This document shows positions 12,851 through 22,780 of a DNA stretch of 64,000 nt, piece by piece; the stretch's first letter is position 1; every line of letters begins with the position of its first letter. The notes beneath the pieces were generated by a model. It was given only the letters and a program-made list of their open reading frames with translations, made no database searches and was not told the origin of the DNA. The stretch comes from Oikopleura dioica (Eukaryota > Animalia > Chordata). The DNA is taken from NCBI GenBank assembly GCA_907165135.1, contig OU015568.1, positions 13,144,001-13,208,000 of the forward strand, read 5' to 3'. A program made the translations under genes and the position numbers.

Positions 12851-15261
12851 AGGAGTCTTCAACAGACAAAAATCCCAATTATCTACCCTGTCACCATAAG
12901 CAACACAATCACAAATGGCCCAAAAACTTTACCAGAATGGAAAATCTACGAAACAGAACTGCTGCATAGAGTCATCAGAGTCTTAAACAACGAGGAAAAG
13001 CCAGATTGGGACAAATTAGCGCTGAAGAAAGAATCAGATTTCGTCTCAGGACTCTGGACACACAACAAAGACAACTGGAGGACACTTATCCATCAAATGC
13101 CAGAGAAAATACGGCCACTAATTTATCACTTTGTCCACGCGGGTGCCGACCTATTCCTGAACCTCAAACGGATCCCCCCGAAGAAACCGGAAAGATTCAA
13201 ACACAAAGAGCTGGTGACAATATGGAAGAGAAACGAAGCCAACACGGAAACTCTGAAAAAACTGGGTGGAAATTTTAAAACCTGGTACAATGATAGACTC
13301 AGACTCTCAAAATTCGTGCCACGCCCTTATGAGAAAATCGGTAAACGATTCAAGACTCTGTCCGTCCCGAGCCAAGAAGCAGTGAAAGAAAGGAACGAAG
13401 AAATCATCAACCAAATAACCGAGTGGTGCGACATGGGATCAATCTCAAGACTCACAGACTCGAAAAAATGCTGGATTCAGGCAGGATTTGTCCTCGTCGA
13501 TAAGCCAGGAAGGGAAACCAGAGTCTGCTGGAATGGTGGAGTCCTCAAGCCGCTCCAACTCTACACCTTTCCCTGCAAATTAGAAGGAGTCGGAGCAGCG
13601 ATTCAGATGCTAAAAAAGGGAGACCTACTCTTCAAATTCGACGATAAGAAGGGTAAGGAAACTCGGCCAAAAATCTATCAAATAACACCGAAGCCCTAAC
13701 CACACCTTAAGGTTTCCACCAGCTTCCGCTCAGCGAGGAAAGCAGGAAAATGGCATGCTTCGAATGGGGAGGCCAAGTCTTCAGAAACAACATCCTCGCC
13801 TTCGGAATCCCGGCAGCACCAGGAATCTATCAGCTCATGAATCTCTGCGGAGTCAACTTCCTAAGGAAAAATGGAGTCAGGATAACACTCTATCTAGATG
13901 ACAGACTCTTGGCAATCACACCAGACTCTGATAAAGAACGAAAAGAGCTCCTCACAGGCGAGAAAATAAGCAAAGAAGTCTGGGCTACAGTTGCGACTCT
14001 AGTGGCCCTTGGCGGATACGTCAACATAGCCAAGAGCACATTTACACCCACCCAGAGAATCGAATTCTTGGGTTTCATTCTGGACACAACCGAAGAAACT
14101 GTTGAAATACCGTTGCAAAGATGGGAAGCCCTCAAAACCCTTATGAAAGACGCAGAGGCCAAGAAAACGATCCAGACAAAAACGCTAGAAAGAATCAGAG
14201 GCACAATGGCGAGCATGGCAGAAGTACTGACAAACATGAGGATGCTTATTCGACAAACAACGATTCTCATCAGCCAGGCATTGAGAGAAGAAAAAGAAAC
14301 CTGCGCCCTTACAGAAGAGGTCAAAGAAGAATGGAGACTCTGGAGCCTGCTAGAAGAGAAAGGGCTCAAAAGACACTGGACAAAATTAAATCGCCAAGAG
14401 ACAGGCCTAATAATTTACACAGACGCATCCTCTCACGCGGGGGCCATCGTTATTGAGCAATGGAACTTAGAAGAAAGATTCGCTTGGGAACCAGATCTGG
14501 CAGACAAGCACATCGGGATCAAAGAGGCAGCGGCGATCCAATTCACTCTGGAATGGTACGGGCAGAAGCTGAAAGACAAAAGAATCCTATTTTTGTGCGA
14601 CAATGATAGTGTAGTCCAAGGTGTAATAGCCGGAAGCAAAGATCCGGAAATGAATAAGATTCTAGTCAGAATCTGGACTCTAGCGCAGCGCTCAAACATC
14701 GATATGAAAGTCGATTGGGTTAGCACCAAAAAACAACTTGCAGATGGCCCCTCAAGGAATTTAGACTCGCGAGAACAAAAACTAACGGCTGACGGATTCG
14801 CATATCTTCAATCTCACCTCTCGGACTCCTTGGACGTCGACGTGGCAGCAACGGTAAATTGCCTAAAGACTCGAACCAAATTATTTAACAAAATTCAGCC
14901 ACTGAACGCGAAATGCAGAGACTTCATCACGCGCAGAGAGACAAGAGGAGCTTTTGGAAAAGATTTCCTTAATTTCCCGATTCATGAGCTCATAGGAAGA
15001 AAGCTGTATGCATTCCCGCCTCCCAAAACAGCCCACAGATTCTATAACAGACTCGTAGAAATAGCCACGCCCTGGGCATTAGTTGTCCCCTGTTTCGAAT
15101 CAGAACCACTGGTAATCACAGAAGCCAGAATCAAGGGATACAGAATCTTCGACATCCCGGCTGACTCAATCCTCACCCCAGCAAAAGTTAAAACAGCCGA
15201 CGGCTACTGGAAAGTGGCATCTAACATCTCAACCATAAAAGTCGCCACAAACAGACTCTGA
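12851..15261 (+). CDS. DIRS-type pol: reverse transcriptase - RNase H - N6-adenine methyltransferase-like domain (3 exons)
   Basis: Removing intron 13653-13711 gives FKFDDKKG|FHQLPL...FEWGGQVFRNNILAFGIPAAP; YLDD; RNase H YTDAS...KEAAA...CDNDS...ADGPSR; removing in-frame intron 14854-14898 gives DVAAT|PLNAKCRDF...YAFPP...LVVP, the DIRS MT pattern. Start codon unclear (first in-frame ATG at 13097). Confidence 0.92.
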
Positions 15262-15447
15262 TATACCGATTCTGCCCCCTTTTCACACTCGACTCAAAAG
15301 GCCAGCAAGAATAGCCACTTCTGGCTCGTAGATTCTCCTAAAAAAAAAAAAACACCACTTACCCAACCTCACCACTATACTAAACTAGAAACAAAAGCCT
15401 TGGCGGTAACTCCTTCCTTTTTTTCAGACTCGAAATCCTTGGAAAAA

Positions 15448-16783
15448 ATGTCGGATCAGACCAAGACTCTCTCCAAGCTGCTGGCGGACCACACCAAGCT
15501 CACAGAGCAAGAGGCGAAGACACGAGCGGCAAGAGTCCAAATTTCAAAGGCCCAATTCTTCGAAATCGCTCAATCCAAGACGAGAACGGAAGAGGCGGAC
15601 AGACTCTTCATGGAAATCGAAGACATCAAGAAGGACATGTTGACTCACGACAAGTTCACCGACTCCCTCATCGTAAGTAGATGACTAGAATAAAATTCGA
15701 AACCCTCACCGCTTTTTCATAGGCGGAAATCGCGGAACTAGAGGCCAACCGCGACAAGAGTCTTGCGATCAAGGAAAACGAGCCAAACGCCAAAAAACGG
15801 TCAGAAGAAGATAACAAATTCTACGACCGTTGGAATCCAGCGGAGTTGGAGTCGAAAATCCGCCGGCTGATTGCGGACAAGATGGAGCGATACAGCCTCA
15901 AGGGATCCATGTTCGCCCAGATCAAGGCTCGAGAGTCAAAAATCGCCGAACTATCTTCAGGCGGCTCGGAAACTTCGGCGGTCTTCAAAGAAGTCGACCC
16001 GCTCACAGGAGAAGAGTCTTATTTCATGGTAAGTCCAGAAATTCAAAGGAAAATAACAAATGCACGCATACCAATAAACAGAAATCTATATAATTCCACT
16101 CAAAACACGCTTCAGACTCAAATAGGCACAAGCAACCTGCCTCAGGACGACGGCGACTCTCTTCGGGAAATGGGCAAGGAATTCCGAGCTTTCGTCTCAG
16201 ACGCGAAAAACCAGCGCACCTTCAAAAAGGACAAGCTCATGCGACTCCTGGGCAACTACAAAAGAGCCATGTCCCCAGAATACCCGGAGCGAGCAATCAT
16301 CGAAAGCATCTTGGACGAACTGATCAGGATGCCCGATATGACTCGAAAAGACGCGCTGCTCTCACTCACGGTAAGACTCGTAAAATAGCAACCCTGCTTT
16401 TAAAGCGTCGCATTCAGCCGCTCATGCGCCCGAACGTCCGACACAGCTTCGATCGCGCACTCACGATGAACACCAACCACCATGTCTTCAAGAAAATGAT
16501 CGGCAACCCCTGTGACGGCTCTGAAGACTGGCGGTCGGAAAAAGACTCGAAACCGGGTCGAGGACGCCGAGGTGGACACAATAACGGCGGTCAATCCAAA
16601 AAGCAAAAAACTGACCACCAAGGTGACGGCCAAAAGGCCAAGGACGGAGACAACGAGACTCATTCCGGAGGCCGCGGACGAGGCCGAGGCCGAGGCCGAG
16701 GTCGCGGAAGAGGCCGAGGCCGAGGAGGAGGAAATGCTGGTGGCGACACCAAGAAATTCCAAGATCAGGGTGGAGTCGAATAA
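15448..16783 (+). CDS. Element gene D: ~387 aa coiled-coil protein with a C-terminal RG/GR-repeat tail; Gag-like nucleic-acid chaperone candidate (4 exons)
   Basis: Exons 15448-15672, 15723-16028, 16116-16370, 16406-16783 join in frame via GTAAG...AG introns (50, 87, 35 nt); tail GGRGRGRGRGRGRGRGRGRGGG. Confidence 0.75.
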
Positions 16784-16943
16784 ACATCGCCACTGAAAGA
16801 AGCGCAACAAGCCAGAAATCTCAAACTAGCCGACTATAGACTCTCAGCTTTTTAGGACTCTTAAAAAAAAAACTGCTTCAAATGCTTAAATTCTCAGATA
16901 GATCTTCAAAGGAAAGGTCTCAAATTTTCAATTCTTAAGAACC

Positions 16944-18130
16944 ATGACCTGGCTCGACTACAAGAATCTCCTGGAACACTGGGAAGTAGCAGAAGCAATG
17001 GCCACGTTCAGTTACGACGAAGCCGAAATCGACGACGTGATTCAACACTTCCTCGACAGACTCCTCACAAGACCGACTCTCAAGGCCTACGCCTACGAGA
17101 AAGGGATCGTAACGATCCAGGACGTCATCGTTTCTCGACTCAAAAAACCGCTCACCCCGAAGCAAAAACGGAAAATAAAGACCTGGTGCGAGCACAGAGC
17201 GCGGGAGTCAGCAACCCAGACTCTGCAATACCCAAAGGTATAGAAAAAAAGGGAGACCCAGCCCGAAAAATAATACCCCTCCAAGCAAGCGGAGGTCGTC
17301 GACGAGCCCGAGGCAATCCGACTCTGGGAAGAGCTCCTGAAGACAAATAAGCCCAAGCCAAGAGAAGCGGCCATCGCTTTCTTCATCTGCTTTACGACGG
17401 GAGCAAGAATGAAAGAAGCGCTCAATCTCAGAGTCGAAGATCGAGAAGTCGTTACCGAAGACGGAAACGAATTTTGGCGATTCCATATTCGATGCAGCAA
17501 AACCGATCCGTTCTGCAAGCGAATGGAAACCCTCACCATCCCTATGGACATGCGGCATGGAGTCCCACTCGGCCTAGAACTTAGAGCCCAACTCAGGGAT
17601 CGAGATTCAGGTACTTATAGCACTTATTACTCAAGACTCAACAAGAAACTTTTTTAGGCCTTGTTCTCAAGACGCTCGAAGGCCATACTCGCATCGCATC
17701 TGACTACCTGGCGCGCTACGGAGCCAAGGCAAAACTGTCAAAAAAGGTAACCAATCAAGGAAGAAAACAAACCTCAGATTAATAAACGTCGTAGGTCTCG
17801 GCGCACACGGGAAGAGTCAGTTTCTACATCGAGGGACGCCGAACAGGCTTATCACAACAGACTCTAGCACACACACTCCGTTGGGCACCGGGAAGCTCCA
17901 TGCCAGACTACTACGAAAGGTGCTGGCTTGAATGTAGCAACTCAGGAGCGCCGGTCAGCGTGGCAAAATCTAGAGCCAGAAAACGAAACGACAGCACTAG
18001 CAGCGACCAAGACCAACCAAAGGTACTAACATTTAAAAATCCAAGAATCAATTATGAAAGGCCTTAGAGTCAAGAACGACCAGAAGCAAGTCAAAAGCCA
18101 AAGAAGCCGAAAAACACTGCTGAAGCATAA
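16944..18130 (+). CDS. Tyrosine recombinase, ~332 aa, 5 exons
   Basis: Exons 16944-17237, 17286-17610, 17658-17746, 17795-18022, 18068-18130 (GT-AG introns of 48, 47, 48, 45 nt) give TTGAR...RCSKTD...SAHTGR...LRW...PDYY, i.e. the R-K-HxxR-W-Y catalytic set. Confidence 0.92.
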
Positions 18131-18226
18131 AAAGAAAAAGAGGCCTTTTTTCCACTTTTAAACAGACTCGAATAAAAAAAAAAGACTCATTTTTACGATT
18201 GATGAGAATAACAAGAATGGTAGGGA

Positions 18227-18271
18227 GGGAATATTCCCATTACCATTGTTATTTATGCGTGATTATAATAC
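18227..18271 (+). repeat. Split direct repeat B1 (45 bp), abutting A2
   Basis: GGGAATATTCCCATTACCATTGTTATTTATGCGTGATTATAATAC is identical to 18670-18714; starts with the 12-bp palindrome GGGAATATTCCC. Confidence 0.95.
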
Positions 18272-18538
18272 GAATCTAGGACAAGGGATTAGCAGGCCGC
18301 TAAAAATAGAACGCGGCAGCGGAGCCTAGTCAACGGCAGCAGAGACTCCCAGGAAACGGCGGAAGGTGTCACAGGCGCGCGAGAGCATCTAGATTCAAGC
18401 GGGTGCCCCGAAATCACGCAGGTTCATTCCAAAAGGTTATAGCTTGAGGCTAAAACCTTAAATTGGGAAACTTATATTAGAGACTTTTTCTCAGCAGGAG
18501 CATTACCAATAAGACTCCTACCTGATTCAAAAAGACTC
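18272..18538 (+). repeat. Split direct repeat A2 (267 bp)
   Basis: Identical by eye to 4111-4377. Confidence 0.97.
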
Positions 18539-18669
18539 ACCCACCCACCATCCCTGAAATAAGCAGTACAAGTAGGGTAAATCGAGCACACGCCCTACAT
18601 ACTGCCCAGTCCTAACCTTAGAATCTCAGCGGAGCTTCTCTTACCACAGTATTGTAATTGCGCGTGCTC

Positions 18670-18714
18670 GGGAATATTCCCATTACCATTGTTATTTATG
18701 CGTGATTATAATAC
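18670..18714 (+). repeat. Split direct repeat B2 (right terminus of the element)
   Basis: Identical to 18227-18271. Confidence 0.95.
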
Positions 18715-20929
18715 TTTGATTGGTATAACTAATGAGACCACCGAAACTTGCGTTAATAGTTCTAGCAGGTGCTCGTAAACTCAGACTTGACTTTTATGAC
18801 GAGAGACTTTCGATGGATCTCTCTAACATTGTGTCATGCCATCTTACTTTTTGTAAACAAAAAAAAATAATTTATGTTGTTTTACGATTTATCAGCTGCT
18901 CTTGGAGAGTTTCGAATTCGATATCTTCTGCTTATAAAAGCTGTAAAAATAGATATAAGTTGTCAGAAGATTGCAATCAAAAGGTTAAAAATGATAAAGG
19001 ATCAAGTAAAGGTGCACCTCAAAAACCTCAGCTTGGCACAAGCTTCTCAAAGTTATACTTCGGTTTCAACTCTTAAGCTCTCCTGGGTATCCAATGTGCA
19101 TATCGGACCTTGCCAGGTAACTTACCCCTCCCACAAGAGCTACCCAATCTAGGTAACGTTGAGCGCGCTTCTCGTGCGGTAAGAAGCTTTCAGTCTTATT
19201 GAATGCAGCTGTAATGAGTATCAATGAACAGAAAAGGAGTAATCTCTGGCAAACTGAATAATTGCCCACAAATGACCGAAATCTCCCTTTTCTATTTTGA
19301 ACATTCTTTTCTAAAGCATCGAGTTTCGTAAAATTCTAAAGAGTTGGAATCGGACTCACGTGCTTGTCGACCAACCGGTCGTTTCAAACGCCGCCCATTA
19401 TCGATTACGCGTCGGATTAATACGCCATTTCAGAATTATGATCTCACAGCCGTAATCGAAGACTTGCTTATCCCTTTAACGTCAAATGTAAGGAAAACTT
19501 GATCCGTTTGGAAGTAAATCCGAGGTTACCGTAAGCCTAAATTTAAGGATCGAGTCTATTTATTCAAGGACAGCAAGAATAGTATAACGGTAAAAATTAA
19601 AATAACGCTGAAGGCTCATAAAAGAACGGATCAGAATGATATTTATCTCAAACGAAAAAGAAAGAAACAAAATACGATTGTTTTTGTCTGTGTTGTTAGT
19701 CTACCTTGAAGGAGATTCGAGCTCCTGCGTAATGAGCATGTAAGCTTGGAGACGGAAGTGGTCAGCTCAAAGTATTTCCAGCAACAGGTTCCCTAAGAAC
19801 GCGCCAGGATCATCTGAGACACTTCAGAATCTCGTGATTATCAAAATTGAAAGAATGTGTATAGAGTTTCATTTCATGAACCATTCTAGCGCAATTAATT
19901 TGGTGCGAACTTGCTGTTCACAAAGCACAAATCTCGCAGCAAATCTGGCAGCACGTGACTAGTGGCCTCCGATAGAAGGTGTTAGAATCGGCGCAGAGAA
20001 GAAGCTTATCATTATCCTGGTCAATACAATAATTCCTCTTCGAGTCTTATCCGGCACTAGCGTTCATCCTGCAATTCGTTAGAAACGCGTGAGATTTTTA
20101 TATCCGCGCTCTTGACGAAAATCTCAATTATTGAAGCAGCAATAACCTATCTTCTATCATCATCATATAGTCTATGCTTTCTTGGTTTTATTGAAAGAAA
20201 TATTTGAGAAAATAGGAAAATATTTAAATCTAATAGTCTAATAAAAGAATTACTTAGAATCTTTCTTTCAGATAATATTCAAAGAGGTATACGTTCAAGT
20301 AATTTTATAGGATTCAAATTATAAGAAATTAATTTCGGAAACAATAATTTAAAAATTTCAAACGAAATTCGACAAATGAATAAGTGTCAAAACAGAGATT
20401 TGCTATATTGATAGTCCATCAATGATAGAGAAGAGTTTTTGAATAAATTAATTGACAGTGCATTGAACTTTCTGAGTTCTTCTGAAATGCTCTTTCAAAG
20501 AAGTTGAACTTTCACGGGTTCAGGCTTTATCAGAAGAATCGTAGATGGCAGTCGCGCACTGGTGCTTGTGGTGGTGCGCCACCACCATTTACTACTCTTC
20601 AGAAAACAGAAGGAGAATAAAAAACTAACTCAATAATTTGCATTTCTAAAATCGTTAATCAACTCAAGTTCCACGATGAAGTGGAGCCTCTTTTTGCTTT
20701 TTGCTCTGATAAATTTATCGGAAAGTCTTACCAGACGAGAAAGAGAACAACGGGTAACATAAAGAAAATGAAAAATCAATAAAAAGTAAAATATTGTTAA
20801 GAGAGCTAAAAGAAGACAAGCGAAAAAGGAGAAACAGGACAAGAAGAGCCATTTGTTTGGATACCACGGTAATGACTGTTCTAACACGAGTTAAACTTTG
20901 ACTTTTCGAAGCCTAAATTTTGCATAGAT

Positions 20930-22780
20930 ATGAATGACCTCGTCGAGAAAAACAATAAGGGCGAGATCTCTCATTTCTTCCAATATGTTTACGGGATAAA
21001 AACGACTAAAAAGTCAACAACCACGACAACAACAACCACTACGAGCAGCGAAAAAACAACCACGATAGATCAGACCACAACGGAACAAACCACAACGGAG
21101 CAAACAACAACATCAGCCGAGACAACGACCGTTCAGACAACAACTTCAATCGACGATGTTAAAACTACGACAGAAGACATCAGGTTTTTGTCTGCAGCGG
21201 AAAAGAAAAAACGGAGAAAAGTAAGTAGAATAGAAGTTTTCATGAGATAACTTAAATTGAACCCGTATCTTATTGATTGTCTCAGGCACAGCGAATGAAG
21301 GCAAAGCAAGAGCGAGAAGCAGCTTCGACTTCTCGACCAGCGACGACGCCAAAGTCAAAAGGTGTCTACAGCAATCTCTCCGACACCGTGAACGAAGTCC
21401 AGAACTAGGTACCCGCTGAAATCTGAGTGGCCATTTTCTGTCTATCTTTACATGCAGTTTTCGGGGGCTGAAGTTTTATACAGTAGATGAATTATTTTTT
21501 TGAGCCAAAAAAAAAAATTTTTTTTTTTTAAAATTTTCACGTGACAAAATTTTCGTTTTAAATTTTGGTATTTCGGCTGTTACTCGTGAGCCTAAACAAG
21601 CCTAAAAATGAATCACATATGAGATGAAAGAGCTCAAAAAATGCTTTCAGAAAATGTGCCGCACTCAACGGCCGGAAGCGGCCGAAAATTTTTAGAGCCA
21701 AAAGATTGCCCAAAAATCAGTGATTTCAGGACAAAAATTGCGTAGGCGGACCTGTAATAATCAATTATTTATAATTTATTACTGAACATTTCATTTGTTA
21801 GGCTCGAGACTTACACCAGACGACTCAGTTTTGAAGTCTGGACATTTTTGTGTGCGAAAGTACCCCGAGTACAAATGTTCTAGAAAATCTTATCGCCGAA
21901 TTTCGATGACCTCAAATGACCCCAAGATGAACTTTTTTCCAAATTTTATGGTCAGACTTGAACTCTATGGTAGTAATTTAGTATACTCACAAAGTTTGAG
22001 CGAAAAATATGAGCGAAATCTACCGTTTAGTTTTTTCAGCGGGTACCTAGTCCAGAACATCATCTTCAGTCTCATCTGGAAGAATCAATTCTCCAACAAC
22101 ATTTTCACGCCCCCTCCAATGCCCGATTTCCCCTCAACAACTGACACTCCCCCGATGGAGTCGCGAATCATTCCTCGGATCCTGCCTGAAGATTTCAACG
22201 TACCAAACAAGGAAACACTCGATTTGATCATGAATTTCGAAGAGAGCCAGGGCAGATTCAATCGAAGACGCGAATTCGAAACTTCTGCTCAGCCAAAATG
22301 CAACGGAGAAGCGCTTCAGCTGAACTTAGAATGCGAAGGATGCCATGTTGGATTCCCCAAACTCGATCTTTGCGTTCGTTTCAGCAGAGAAGACAGTCTG
22401 CGCGACGAGAGCGAATTCAAGGTGAGCCACTCTTTATTCCATCTTGCTCGGATAAAAGCGCGCGAGGAATTTGTTGTTTGCGCCGCCAGTGAGCGTAATT
22501 TAAGACGGCTAGATTTCAAAGCGATTTTAGAAAAAACACCAGCAAACCTGGCGCTTTGATAAATATTCTTTGGGGCCTTATAAAGATTAAAAATCAGACA
22601 TCAACTGTTTTCTAAAAATGACCCTGATTTCAAGGACAATTCTGAATGTCAATTTTAGTGCAAAATCGACTGCGGCCCTGGTTTCAAAATCGCCGATGGT
22701 TTCAACAAAGTCAAGTGTACGAAGGACAAGTGGAAGCATCTGAAGAAGGACGTCAAGGAGAAGACCTGCGTCCGAGTTTA
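20930..22780 (+). CDS. Secreted or surface protein fragment: Thr-rich mucin-like stalk followed by a Cys-rich Sushi/CCP-like C-terminus; true 5' end probably further upstream
   Basis: TTT/QTTTE repeats in 20930-21250; spliced continuation KKRRK|AQRMK...VNE..NIIFSL; last exon CKIDCGPGFKIADGFNKVKCTKDKW...CVRV*. Interrupted by the MITE at 21406-22049. Confidence 0.5.
21406..22049. mobile_element. Non-autonomous TIR element (MITE), 644 bp, in a coding exon
   Basis: TIR TAGGTACCCGCTGAAAA / TTTTCAGCGGGTACCTA; flanking duplication GTCCAGAAC (9 bp, or 7 bp if the terminal C/G belong to the TIR). Confidence 0.9.

Larger units (their letters stand above)
4111..18714 (+). mobile_element. Tyrosine-recombinase retrotransposon (DIRS order, PAT-like split-direct-repeat architecture), ~14.6 kb, apparently intact
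   Basis: Repeat order A1(4111-4377)...B1(18227-18271)A2(18272-18538)...B2(18670-18714); encodes DIRS-type RT (YLDD), RNase H, MT domain (YAFPP) and a YR with R-K-HxxR-W-Y residues; no DDE integrase or protease seen. Confidence 0.93.

Noticed and set aside
16668-16730. GGCCGA tandem repeat as a satellite or CRISPR-like array
   Set aside because: It encodes the GR tail of gene D; no spacers.
16882-16939. Extra upstream YR exon (ATG 16882) with an intron at 16917-16939
   Set aside because: In frame, but the intron would be only 23 nt, shorter than any other here; left unannotated.
5052-17558. Numerous minus-strand and alternative-frame ORFs over the element
   Set aside because: Shadow ORFs of long A-rich coding sequence; low-complexity translations without motifs.
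14830-18130. Prophage or bacterial restriction-modification island (MTase + integrase)
   Set aside because: The genes are interrupted by spliceosomal introns and fused to a eukaryotic DIRS-type RT-RNase H; no restriction endonuclease was recognisable.
4111-18538. A1/A2 read as the LTRs of a Ty3/gypsy (Tor-like) element
   Set aside because: No TG...CA ends, TSD, integrase or protease; the YR, MT domain and B repeats indicate split direct repeats.
18539-18670. Known self-cleaving ribozyme (hammerhead, twister, HDV)
   Set aside because: Conserved cores (CUGAUGA/GAAA and equivalents) were not found by eye; only a generic pseudoknot is reported.
18732-20887. Short ORFs right of the element (e.g. 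signal-peptide-like 19066-19269 on the minus strand)
   Set aside because: No motif or consistent exon chain could be established by eye.
21017-21130. (ACA)n-like microsatellite
   Set aside because: Encodes the Thr-rich stalk of the mucin-like protein.
21795-22049. N-terminal part of the listed 254-aa ORF (likewise 30240-30451 of the 167-aa ORF)
   Set aside because: These segments are chance open frames inside MITEs; only the parts after the TSD are host coding sequence.
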